Shown here in pieces: positions 1-11,100 of a DNA stretch of 64,000 bases (positions within the stretch are counted from its first letter, which is position 1; the number at the start of each line of letters is the position of its first letter). Position numbers and translations under genes: made by a program. The notes under the pieces were generated by a model that was not told the DNA's origin, ran no database searches, and saw only the letters and a list, made by a program, of their open reading frames with translations. The DNA comes from a virus (Duplodnaviria; Caudoviricetes), in the IMG/VR virus record IMGVR_UViG_3300033067_002502, positions 32,001 through 96,000 of that record, one strand, 5' to 3'.

Positions 1-1
1 T

Positions 2-1309
2 GAAAATCCTTCATCTTCAATGGAAGATCCTATGGCAAATGAAATGGGTAACAATATTGGAACTAAATTCAGAAATCCTGAAGAACTTAAATCTCTTTTA
101 GATCAAGGAATGGAAAACCATGATTTAAAAAACGAATTAATTAGATCTGCTCCAGAAGATCAACAGCAAACAATAAGCGATTCAATTAAAAAATATTATG
201 ATCCACAAACTTCTGAAGGCGAAAGGTTTTCTATAGTTGGAACAATTTATGATATTATTAATGGAGAAGGAGATAACACAGTGCCAGCAGAATATATTCA
301 AGCATCAGTAGATGCTCTTATAAAAGAATCTAATGAGAAAATTAAACAATTTGCAAAGAAAGCTGCTTCTGTTAAGTCTGTAAAGAAGGCAAAATCTTCT
401 TATAATTTAAAGAAGCAAGCTCAGCAGTTTGCAGGAACAGGTCATACAGAATTTGTAAATTTCGGGCCAAATGAAAAAAGAATGCTTCCTTATAGCAATA
501 CTGGTTTAGTTGGAAGCGATTGGCATGTTTGGCTTAGAGCAAGAGATCATAATTTTATATTTGACGACCATGCTGTAGATTTTGACACGTTTTGGCGTGG
601 AAATATCATGGACAAGTACAGTCAACCCTATCGAAATAAAAAAGGAGAATGGGTTGGAGGTTATTTAAATAAGAGATTTGAAACAGATCATAACATTCCT
701 GAGGGAAACAATCTTCAACTTCTTCCAGGACAACTTCGTCGTCCTTATCTTCCTCAGTTTGCAACTATGGAAGCTCGTATGGAAGATTCTAGAAGTAAGC
801 TTGCAAAAGATAGAGGTTATAGTCCAACAGATACTGATGCCGAAGCTTATAATTGGCATACCGCTTCCTCTCAAAAAAAAAAAGTAATAGCATCTGATGA
901 CTTGGGAATCGGATCTCTTCCTTCAATAGAGCAAACAAAGCCTCTTGGAGGGGTTAAGCAATGTCCATCTTGTGGCTCTGATAACAGTGCTACGGAAATT
1001 ATTTGCGTTAATTGTAAAGCTCCTATTCCAAAAGGAACTAGAACTTATAACCAGAAACAAAGAGACAAAAAAGGCAAACAAAAAGGAGCTAACCCCCATG
1101 AGGTAGTATTTATGGGAGCTCCTGTTAATAGGCAATTTGTTCCTGGGTTTGGAAGGCCAATAGAGGCTCAAATTATTCCTTCTAATAAAACAATACCATT
1201 AGTTAATCCGATAAAGAATAAGAAGCTTATTTCAGATGATGATGCTGAATTTGTTGACGATCATCATCTTTCTGATGTAGAGAATTCTGCTAATGAACTA
1301 GGCTTATAA
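2..1309 (+). CDS. Hypothetical head-associated protein, 5'-partial, with a C-terminal Zn ribbon
   Basis: The frame is open back to the window edge (codons ENPSSS precede the ATG at 20). It has a CPSC-x10-CVNC ribbon and several K-x-A motifs (AKKAAS, YNLKKQAQ), and lies directly upstream of the portal. Confidence 0.6.
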   Translation, partial: ENPSSSMEDPMANEMGNNIGTKFRNPEELKSLLDQGMENHDLKNELIRSAPEDQQQTISDSIKKYYDPQTSEGERFSIVGTIYDIINGEGDNTVPAEYIQASVDALIKESNEKIKQFAKKAASVKSVKKAKSSYNLKKQAQQFAGTGHTEFVNFGPNEKRMLPYSNTGLVGSDWHVWLRARDHNFIFDDHAVDFDTFWRGNIMDKYSQPYRNKKGEWVGGYLNKRFETDHNIPEGNNLQLLPGQLRRPYLPQFATMEARMEDSRSKLAKDRGYSPTDTDAEAYNWHTASSQKKKVIASDDLGIGSLPSIEQTKPLGGVKQCPSCGSDNSATEIICVNCKAPIPKGTRTYNQKQRDKKGKQKGANPHEVVFMGAPVNRQFVPGFGRPIEAQIIPSNKTIPLVNPIKNKKLISDDDAEFVDDHHLSDVENSANELGL

Positions 1310-1327
1310 AAAAGGAAGATATACTAA

Positions 1328-4300
1328 ATGGCTGAAAATCAAGGAAAACCAATTAAAATGCAGTTACCTACTAAAAAAGTATCTGCTACTATTTTGGCCT
1401 CTAAAGGAAATGTTATAAAAGACGGCAATGCTGCTAATCTTAATAATTACGCAGGATCTACTGTTCTTACTTTTCCTATTACAAAAAATTCTCAGTTTGC
1501 AGGTTCTGGTGCTAATGTTACAATGACTCAGCCTATGTTCTTTTCTCCACTGCACACTCCTCAAAACTGGCAGATTGCAAGTAAAAGAAAAGAAGTTTAT
1601 CAATGGGCAAGACATTATTACGAAAATGAACCAAAAGTTGCTGCAGGTATAGATTTTTATTCCCAATTCCCAATTAACGGAATGAAATTAACTTGTAAGA
1701 AAAAAAGCGTTATGAGATTTTATGAAAGACTTGTAGAAAAAGTAGATCTCATGTATTGGCTTAGAATGATAAGTCACCAAAGATTTCTTCTTGGTGATGT
1801 TTATGTTATGACGGAAATAGAATGCCCTCATTGTAAAGGAAGCGGCATTGATAAAGAAAGCGGAGAAAATTGCAATCATCCAGATGGAACAATAGGAAGA
1901 GTTACAGTTCTTAATCCTGATTGGATTGAAGTTATGAAAACTCCTATTTCTCAAGAACCTCAAATTGTTCTTTTGCCAGATGAGGAAATTCAAAAGATTA
2001 TTCAAACGAAACAGCCAAAATTTTTATATGATCAGATTCCAGATAATATAAAGATGCAAATTATGGCTAAAAAACCAATTCTTTTATCAAATAGAGTTAC
2101 AAGTCATATAAAGCACGGAGGAGTTCCTTATGGAACATATGGAGAGTCTTTACTTCGTCGCTTGTTTACGAGTCTTGCATACAAAACAAAATTAATGACA
2201 GCAAACTGGATTGTTGCAGAAAGGCTAATCCTCCCTGTTCGTATTGTGAAGGTTGGTTCTGATGAACGTCCAGCAGATGATGAAGCAATTGCAGATATGT
2301 CTTCTCAATTATCTGCTGTTGCAAACGATCCAAATCTTACAATCGTAACTCATAATAATGTTGAATATGAATGGTACGGGGCCTGCCAGGATAATTTAAC
2401 AGAAATTCTAACTTACAATGGTTGGAAATTGTTTAAAGATATTAGTAAAGATGAGATAGTGTCTACTTATAATAAAGACTCTGGTTTTATGCAATGGCAG
2501 CAAATACAAAAGTATCATGAATATGATTTTAAGTCAACAGAAACTCTTAAAATGATTGATTTTAAATCGAGAGGAGTTGATATTAGAGTAACTCCTAATC
2601 ATAGAATGCTTGTTCAGAGAGATGACAAATGGATTGAGGTTTTGTCTCAAGAAGTTAAGCATGGCGATAAGTTTTTAAATAATATTAATTGGCAAGGATA
2701 TTTTCCAGAAGTATTACAGTACAAAGATAGTCCTTTATCTCATCTTGTTCTTGATGATTATTTAGAATTTGTTGGCTATTATTTAAGTGAAGGCGGAGTT
2801 AAGAGAGAAACAAAACGAAATCTTTCTGTAGATAAACAAATACAAGCATGTTCTGTTGGACAAAATAGAAATAGTCCAATTTATTCTTCTATGAAAGATG
2901 TTGTAGAATTGGTTTATCCTAATTTTTCTGAAACAAAAGATGATCGAGGAAATGACACTTTTTGCAATTTTACTATTAATAATGTAAAAATTGCAAGATA
3001 TATGGCTGAAGAATTTGGCTCTAAATCTTCTGAAAAGAAAATTCCTACTTGGGTTCTTAATCTTCCTAAAAATAAATTAAAAATAGTTTATGATGCAATG
3101 ATGGCTGGAGATGGAGATTTAAGAAATGATAATATTAAACCAAGATATAGGTATACAACTACATCTAAGAATCTTTCTAATGCTTTTTCTGAAATAGTAT
3201 TAAAACTCGGGTATTTTTCATCTACATGTTTAGAAAAAGCAAAAAACGAAAGATGCAATGATATTTATAGAATTTATTGGTCAGAAGATCGAGTTGAGAC
3301 TCCTTTTGAAATAAGAAATCAACATATTTCTAGAACTGATTATGACGGTAAAGTTTATTGCGTAACTGTTCCTAATGGTTTTATAATTACTCGTCGTAAC
3401 GGAAGAATTACAGTTCAGGGTAATAGTGGAAAGATTCATAACATTAATGCAGAATTAGAATTTGTTGGTAAAGAAATTCTTGATGGATTGATGTTAAATC
3501 AAACTCTTTTAAATGGAGAAATGGCTGGCTATAACTCTGCTCAAGTTGGAGTTGAAGTTATGATTCGTCGTCTTGAGTCTTGGAGAAATGAGCTTGCTCA
3601 GTGGATTGAGAAAAATATTTTCTTACCAGTTGCTAAGATGCAAGGATTTATTGATGAAGAAGAAACAAAAGAATTCAACGAGACAACTTATCTTTATCCA
3701 AGAATTAAGTGGAATGATTTACGTCTTAGAGACAATACAAACCAACTTCAGATGTATTTGCAAATGCAACAATCTGGGTTAATATCAGCCCAAACTCTTC
3801 TTGAAGAATTTGATCTTGATTATGATTTAGAAGTTGAAAGAATAAGAGAAGAACAAGTTCAAGCTATGCAAAACGGAATGTTAGCTGGAGGTCAAGGAGC
3901 TGGTGGCGGTGGAGGAGGAATGGGTGGCGGTGGTGGTGGAGGCGGATCTCCAGGTGGTGCAGCTGGTGGAATGGATATGGGCATGGGTGGAGGAGGAGCT
4001 CCAGGAATGGATGGAGGTATGGGCGGAGCTCCAGGAATGGATGGAGGTATGGGCGGAGCTCCAGGTGGGGCTCCAGGTGGAATGGGAGCAGCAGCCGGTG
4101 GATCTCCTCAGAAGATATACAGAAAAGGAAAAGGTCCAAAAGAGGAAGAGGTAGCTCCTGTAAGACAAACAACGCTTCAATTAACAAAACCAGAATCAAA
4201 AATGTATAGAACATTAAATGCAATGTCTTTGCCATTTAGATTATTTGCTCAATATAAGCAACCAGTTCCAAATGATTCTAATTTTTATTTAATGGATTTT

Positions 4301-4630
4301 GCTATACCAGAAATAGGTGTTGATATAGAAGTTGATGGAGAGAAGTGGCATTCATCTGTTGAAGATAAACAGAGTGATAAAGAAAGAGACGTTGTTCTTG
4401 CTAAGTTAGGTTGGAGGGTTCTTAGATTTACAGAGCAAGCAATTGGAGAGCAGCTAGGAAAAGTTCAAGAAGTTATAAAGAAAGAAGTATACGACGCTGC
4501 TAAAGAAAAAAAATCTCTTTCAAAGAAGGCACAAGTAAGTCAAGAAATGAAATATGAAATAGAAAACTGTTTTGATGGATGTGAAATTTCAAGATGTTTA
4601 CCATTAGATAATGAGGTTAAAGAAGGATGA
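1328..4630 (+). CDS. Portal protein with intein, Gly/Met-rich linker and C-terminal DUF559/Vsr-like endonuclease domain
   Basis: Lies before the protease and capsid genes. Portal-like segments include YYENEPKVAAGIDFYSQFP, LNPDWIEV, HIKH..PYGTYGESLLRR, LPVRIVKVG and IKWNDLRL. An intein interrupts EWYGA/SGKI. The C-terminus has YLMDF..EVDGEKWH..DKERD..LGWRVLRF. SD AAGGA. Confidence 0.85.
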   Translation: MAENQGKPIKMQLPTKKVSATILASKGNVIKDGNAANLNNYAGSTVLTFPITKNSQFAGSGANVTMTQPMFFSPLHTPQNWQIASKRKEVYQWARHYYENEPKVAAGIDFYSQFPINGMKLTCKKKSVMRFYERLVEKVDLMYWLRMISHQRFLLGDVYVMTEIECPHCKGSGIDKESGENCNHPDGTIGRVTVLNPDWIEVMKTPISQEPQIVLLPDEEIQKIIQTKQPKFLYDQIPDNIKMQIMAKKPILLSNRVTSHIKHGGVPYGTYGESLLRRLFTSLAYKTKLMTANWIVAERLILPVRIVKVGSDERPADDEAIADMSSQLSAVANDPNLTIVTHNNVEYEWYGACQDNLTEILTYNGWKLFKDISKDEIVSTYNKDSGFMQWQQIQKYHEYDFKSTETLKMIDFKSRGVDIRVTPNHRMLVQRDDKWIEVLSQEVKHGDKFLNNINWQGYFPEVLQYKDSPLSHLVLDDYLEFVGYYLSEGGVKRETKRNLSVDKQIQACSVGQNRNSPIYSSMKDVVELVYPNFSETKDDRGNDTFCNFTINNVKIARYMAEEFGSKSSEKKIPTWVLNLPKNKLKIVYDAMMAGDGDLRNDNIKPRYRYTTTSKNLSNAFSEIVLKLGYFSSTCLEKAKNERCNDIYRIYWSEDRVETPFEIRNQHISRTDYDGKVYCVTVPNGFIITRRNGRITVQGNSGKIHNINAELEFVGKEILDGLMLNQTLLNGEMAGYNSAQVGVEVMIRRLESWRNELAQWIEKNIFLPVAKMQGFIDEEETKEFNETTYLYPRIKWNDLRLRDNTNQLQMYLQMQQSGLISAQTLLEEFDLDYDLEVERIREEQVQAMQNGMLAGGQGAGGGGGGMGGGGGGGGSPGGAAGGMDMGMGGGGAPGMDGGMGGAPGMDGGMGGAPGGAPGGMGAAAGGSPQKIYRKGKGPKEEEVAPVRQTTLQLTKPESKMYRTLNAMSLPFRLFAQYKQPVPNDSNFYLMDFAIPEIGVDIEVDGEKWHSSVEDKQSDKERDVVLAKLGWRVLRFTEQAIGEQLGKVQEVIKKEVYDAAKEKKSLSKKAQVSQEMKYEIENCFDGCEISRCLPLDNEVKEG
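2384..3424 (+). mobile_element. Intein (347 aa) with LAGLIDADG endonuclease, in the portal
   Basis: Block A CQDNLTEILTYNGWK, block B VTPNHRM, LAGLIDADG motifs VGYYLSEGG and DAMMAGDGD, block F/G YDGKVYCVTVP..RNGRITVQGN followed by +1 Ser. Confidence 0.92.
3995..4065 (+). repeat. 30-bp tandem repeat (about 2.4 copies) encoding GAPGMDGGMG
   Basis: GGAGCTCCAGGAATGGATGGAGGTATGGGC at 3995 and 4025, with a partial copy at 4055. Confidence 0.9.
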
Positions 4631-5070
4631 GCAATCTAATTTATAATCTTAATAAGATAGCAGGTCGTAAGAGAATTAAAGATCGAGGTATTCGGTGGGA
4701 AGAGATGTATAGAGATAGATCTCGTCCTCAAAAAGAAAAGTTCGAAAAACTTTTAGGACCAGGATCTTATTATCGTTGGGAAGGTCATGATTATACAACC
4801 AATTCCATTTATTATGTTGTTGTGGGGCCTTCTGTACAAAGGCATGTTGGCAAGATGTTTTTTGCTGGAATAAAGAAAATTCCAATTGAAGAATTTACAA
4901 AAGATCCAGATACAAAAACATACAGTCCTTATGGAGAATATTTTCCTACAATAAAAGGTGCTTTAATCTACGCAAGTCAAAGATGGGGAACAAAAGTTCC
5001 TAAAAATCAAATTCCTTATACCAAAGATACTTTAGCAAATGTAGACATTCCAGAACACGTTAAGGCTTAA
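4627..5070 (+). CDS. Hypothetical phage protein (head module)
   Basis: ATGA overlap with the portal stop; N-terminal YNLNKIAG motif. Confidence 0.7.
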   Translation: MSNLIYNLNKIAGRKRIKDRGIRWEEMYRDRSRPQKEKFEKLLGPGSYYRWEGHDYTTNSIYYVVVGPSVQRHVGKMFFAGIKKIPIEEFTKDPDTKTYSPYGEYFPTIKGALIYASQRWGTKVPKNQIPYTKDTLANVDIPEHVKA

Positions 5071-5086
5071 TAGAATTTATAATTGT

Positions 5087-5112
5087 AGGATTTGCTGTAA
5101 TATGTTTGAATA
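5087..5112 (+). promoter_or_regulatory. Putative late promoter AGGATTT-N12-TTGAAT
   Basis: Intergenic, before the protease-capsid genes. The same spaced motif recurs at 23529, 33915, 43716 and 47220. Confidence 0.55.
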
Positions 5113-5146
5113 TAAATGTTGATATAAATTAGGAGATTGAATTCGA

Positions 5147-8100
5147 ATGTTTGAAAAAAGCTCTAAAACTGAAACCAAAATGCATATAGAAGCCCTTTAT
5201 TTACCTTCAAGAGGAGCTTGGGGTCTTTATAACACTTCTCGCATAAAAGTAGCTTCTATTGATAAAACAAAGAAAACAGATCTTGGAGGATTTGATCTAA
5301 AAGCTGCTGTTGAAAAAAATCCAGACAATTTATTTGTAAAAGTTTTTGCTATAAAAGCAGATGAAGTTAATGACAATGGAGATTGTTTTAATGAGTCTGA
5401 ATTAAAAAAAGCAGCTCATACTTTTATTGGAGTTCCTGTTTTCGTAAATCATCAAAACGATAACGTAGAGAACGCAAGAGGCAAAGTTATTCATGCTTGG
5501 TATGATGATGATTCAAGAGGGATATATTGCATTAATATGGTTGATAGAGCTGCTTATCCTCGCCTTGCTAGAGGTATTGAGGAAAATTATATAAACGGAA
5601 CTTCGATGGGAGCCCAAGTCGGTTATTCTCTTTGTTCTATTTGTCATAATAAAGCTCATACGGCGGATGAATTTTGTTCGCACATAAAAAACGGTAAGAA
5701 TAGAAAAATTAGCGGAAGTTATGAATGCAAATATCACGAAAGTCCTTGTGGATGCGAAGATAAATGCCCATTAGATAGTAAGAAAAAATCAGAAACAAAA
5801 GAACACCTTCATAAAGATGCTAAAGTTTTTGAATGGAATTATGATATAAAATTTATAGAAGATAGTTTTGTTGTAAATCCAGCTTGTCACGACTGTTTAG
5901 TTTGTGATATTCTTAATGTAGAGGCAGTTAAGAGTGCTACATCAAACAGTATATATGAATTAAAGAAAGTTGCTTCTGCTTTAAGTGAGTCTGTTAGTAA
6001 AATGACAGATGGTTCTTTAGAAAAGACTGCTGGTAAAACAGAAGTTGAAGCTTTGACTCAAGCTATGAATCTTATGGAACACGTTGCTCGTTCTATGATG
6101 GCTCAAAAACAACAGATTCAACTTGATTATGTAAGCGATCTTGTAGAGCAACTTGCAAAGGTTCAATCTTTACAAGATGAACTTGTTGAAATGGGATACG
6201 CTCAATTGCCTTCTCCTCCAGAACAACAAATTGCTCTTGGGAATATAATGCAAAGCCCTGCAGGTCAATCTTCTCAGCAAGTTATGAATCCTTCTCAAGT
6301 TGGACAACAGCCTCAACAAGCAGCTCAAAGTTTAAGTCAACCGCCTTCCTCTGCAAGTCCTTCCTCCGCAAGCCTTGGAGATGTTGGAAGTGTTACTAGA
6401 CCAACATTTACTGGAGCTTCTTTGGAATTAAAGAAGGAATTTATTAAACAGTCATCGAATATGAGCGAGAAGCTGAATTTATTAAGTACAGCATTGCGTG
6501 GTTCTTTGGTCTTGTTAGCTCAAAGGAGAATGAAAGTGTCTAATTCTGAAAATATTGCTGAGTTTTCTAACGGCAATCTAAAAGTAACCGTTGCTAACGT
6601 TGAAGGCGACGGTTTAGTTGTAGGTAAATGGAAAGATAGTAAGCTTGTAAGCTGGGCTTCTCTTGATGAAATGGGCGATGAGATTAAAAGTCTTGCCGCT
6701 TCTAATTTACAAGAAGCTGCAAAAGTTATATTTAGTCAATATCAAAAAGAATCAGGAGTTAATATGTCTGCAAATAATAATACAAAAGTAGCATCTGGAA
6801 ATTCGTCTCAACAAGAAGTTACAACGCAAGCTCAACTTGATAAAGCTGGTCCTCTTCATCCAAGAGAAGAAAAATATCCAACAGTTACAACTCAAGCACA
6901 ACTTGAAGGCGGTGGAGAGATTAAACCAGTTAACAATACTACTTCTGACGACAATCAGCTTCGCAAAGATACTGCTCCTGAAGTTACTACGCAAGCTCAA
7001 CTTGAAGCATTAAGTGGAGATCTTGCTAGATGGAACGATTTCCCAGAAGTTATTACTCAAGGTCAATGGGACGAAATGAGTCGTAGAGTTTCTTCTTCTT
7101 TAGGAAGCGATTATACAGATCAAATTACTCAAGCTCAATTAGAAAGTTTGCAAAAGTCTCACAAATGGTCTCCTCCTGAAACAATAACTCAAGATCAACT
7201 TAATTCACAGAAGAAAGTTTCTCCAGAAGGAAAATCAGATTCTGAACGTTGGGCATCTTCTGCTAAGAATCTTATTAAAGCAGCAAGTTCTGCTGTTTCT
7301 GATGCAATCGCAGGATATGGTCTTTCTCCTTCTGATGTATCTAAAGCAGTAAATAAAATAAATGCATCCCCTTATGCTGTTATTAAGGCTTCGTATCTTT
7401 CTCTTATAAACGGATCTCCTGTAAAGATTCAAGCAAGGCTTGCAGAGCGTAATCGTAATAACTATTTTGCTAAGACAGCAAAAGTCTCTTCTGCAGTAGA
7501 TCCTGTAAATGGTCTTCTTGCCGCAATGGGAGACAATATTGGTTATTTGAAAGCAGAAGATTTTGTTGCTGCTGTCAAGTTTGTTGTTAATGATAAAAAA
7601 GCATTTGCATCTGCAGAGTCTTCTGCTCAAGTAAAAATTGCTTCAAATAATAATGATAGCGTAGAAGTTGTTGATACAGACAGTCTTTTCCGTCAAGCTT
7701 TTGCAGAAATGGATCGTCCTGAAGATGGTCTTTATAAGATATGCGGAACTCTTACAGAAGATGTAAAAACAAATCCTTCAGATAAGACTGCGTTTATGAA
7801 TTCTTTATTCTCTTTTGCAAAAACTCAAATTGACGTTCCTTTTGTTATTGCAAAAGTTGATTTAGATAAAGAAGCTGGCGTTTTTGAAATTGAATGTAAA
7901 GAAGAAAGATGCTGTTCTTCAGAAGAAAAAACAGCTTTCGCTTCTGTATTGAATTCTCAAGTTAAGACAGCAACACAAAAACCACAAGAAAAGAAAGAAG
8001 AAAAAGTTGCTCGCTCTTCTAATAGAGCAAATCTTGTTAAAGAAGCTCAGATGATGGGCGGTCAAATGGGAGGAGGAGCAGGTGGTGCTGGTCCTGCTGG

Positions 8101-11100
8101 TGGAATGGGAACAATGCCTGGAGCAGACGCTGGTGGAATGGGTCAGCCTCCTACAGAAAATCTTGGTGGTCAGCCTGGAGAACTTGGTGGAGAAGATGGT
8201 TTAGATGATATGGGTGGAGAAGATTCTGATATGCAACCAAAACCACCTGGTACAATTTGTCCAGTTTGCGGTTCTGGAGACGTTGATGTTCTTGATGGAA
8301 AAGGTAAATGCGGAAATTGTTCTGCAGAATTTTCTTATAAAGTTGATATTGAAATTACAAAATATCCTGGACTTCTTGATGATGGAAAAGAAGGCGGAGA
8401 AGAAGATGGTCTTGGTGGACCTGGCGAAGAAACAGAAGGTGCTGGAGAAGGGTTTGCTCTTCCTGAAGGCAACGAGCCTGCAAGTATGCCAGTTGCTGCT
8501 ATGACTCAAATTAAACCAGAAATGATTAAGAAAGCAAAAGCAGATGCTCTTGCTAATGGATCAACATGGTCATTGGGAAGTATTAGTCCTTATACTGGAT
8601 CTAATAGCGTTATGAAGATTAGTGATAATAAATTCCTTTGTCTTGATACAGGCGGAACTTACGAAGTTCACGCTGCTGGTGTTGATAACAAGGGCAGCAA
8701 AGCAGTATTTGCTGAATGGCGTTTTGAAGCTAAACCTCTAGTTGGAAATTGCGAAAGTTGCAGACGTAAGAAAAACGCATTTTCTTCAGCTCTTAAGTCT
8801 CACGGCATGAGCGATGAAGTTTTTGATTCAATGCTTCTTCTTGATAAAGGTAAAACAGTTCTTGCTATGAAAGAAAAAGGATTATTTAGCACTGTAAAAA
8901 CAGCTTCTAATAAATCTTCTATTCTTCAAGGACTTAAGAAGACATCTTCTTTCGGAAGCAAATTCCCAATTGAAACTTGTAGAGAAAAAATTGCTCGTAA
9001 ATTTGGACAGAATGCTCTTGCTTTGAGTGGTCCATGCGAAGGAGCAAATTTAGCTGATTGTGTTTGTAAGAAGCTTTCAACTGCTGGCGTTTACAGCAAC
9101 AACCTTGCTGTAAAAGTTGCAAGCGTTTGGGCTAACGAAGATCAAATGGTTCAATGTGTTGAAGATTTTGTTCGTAGTAAGAAATTCTCTATGAAACAAT
9201 CATGTTTCATATGCGATCAACTTAAGACAAAGTATGCACAATTTGATGATAGTGCTGCAGAAGAGATTGGTGGGGAGTCTTCAATGCCTATGAGCGGACA
9301 AGATAATTCTCAAGCTACAGAAGAACCTTCTAATGATGATGGTTTTGGAGATGTAGATCCATTTTCTTCTGAAGATAGTTCTAGCGAAGAAAGCAGTCAA
9401 GAGACAAGCGATCCTTCTATGAGCGGAGAGCCTGGAATTGAAGAAACTCCATCTATTGAAGGAGGAGAAGGAACTGATTCTCCTTTAGGATTAGGAGAAG
9501 AAACAGAAGTATCTAGTCCTATGACAACTCCTACAGCAATGCCTCCTATGGAAGGAAATAAGCCTGGAGTAGGAATGGTAACATTTGAAATACCTCTTGA
9601 TGCTCTTGAACAACTTGATAAAGCTATAGATATTGCTAAGGGAGAGAATCCAGCAGAAGAAGCACATCATCAAGAGCCATTAAGCGGAGCGGCTGTTATT
9701 GATATGCCTTTGGAATCTGTTGAAGGTCTTGATCAAGCAGCAGATCAAGTTCTTGATACGGCTGTTGATGCAACAAAAGAAGTAGGAGAATCTATTGGAG
9801 AAGCAATGAACTCTACCGAAACTCCTATGGAAGAAGAATCTGTTGGTGAAAAAGAAGTTGAACCTTCAAGTGAAGAATCTCATTCAGAAGGAGGAGAATC
9901 TTCTGAATCTCCAGAAGTAAAAGAAGAAAGCTTTGATAAAACAGGAGAAGAACCTTCTGAAGAAAGCAACAAGGATTCTTTTATGTCGCAAGCACAAGCA
10001 TCAGCTCAAGTATTCAAGAAAGGTAAGATTGGAGGAACTGGCGAAATCAATTTAGATTTAAGTCATGTTATGAAAGTTCTTGCAAGTCAAGGTAAAATTG
10101 CTAAAGAAGTATCTTTAGAAAATGTTCAAGACAATAAAGATATTGGAAAAGTTAGCGATGGAAAGACAATGGGTAATGAAGAAAAATTCGATGCTAAAAA
10201 ACCAGAAGTCTTTACTGGTGATGCAACGATGGGTGGAGAATCAGAAGCAGGATATAACAATGATAAACCAAAGGCTTCTTTTGAATCTGGCGGAGCAGAA
10301 ATGGGTGATGAAAAAGCACAAGGGTATACAGCTGAAAAACAAAATACAGCAACAGGCGGAGATAAGGGTCAAGGAAACCACACCTCGTCTAGCAAAGCAA
10401 GAATGTCTTCTTTAGCAGAAAGAATTGTTAATGCTTCTGTAAAGAAAACAGCAAATGATAAGAAATTAGAAAATGCAGCACCTATTTCTGAAGATGGAGA
10501 TGTAAAGCCATTTTCAGCAAATAAAGATAATCCAAAGAGCGGAAATCCTATTAAGCCTTTTGAAGAAGGACAAAAAGTAGGAAAAGTTGACGCTGGAGAT
10601 TCTAGTTTTATGGGTCATGAAAAAGAAACATTAACAAGCGTACCAAAGGAAGAAAATTCAGCCCCTAGCATTCCTGCTGGCGGAGGAAAGAATCCTAAGT
10701 ATGATAATAACGAAAAGAATACGCCGGAAAAACAAACGGCACATAAAGGAACAGTAATCTCTAGTGGAGATACAGAGTCCTTGGCGGTTAAAAAAGAGGC
10801 TGCAACAAGGGTCGCAGGTCGTAAGTTAAAAGCTGGCATGATATCAATAGATAAGCTAGCATCAGAAATCGAGAAACTTTCTCGTTATGATACTTCCGAT
10901 TTGAGAGACATTGAAACAGCTCTTTTCGGAGCTTCCAAGAAAGGACTTGACACTGTTGCAAAGGGTTCGGAAAAACCAATAGTTATTTCCGAAAAGAGCA
11001 ATCAAAGAAAAATTACATCGGAATTGAAGGATTCTTTACAGAGTTTGTTTACTCTAGATAAGAGAAACGTTCTTGCTCAGGACGATCCAACAGTCGAGAT

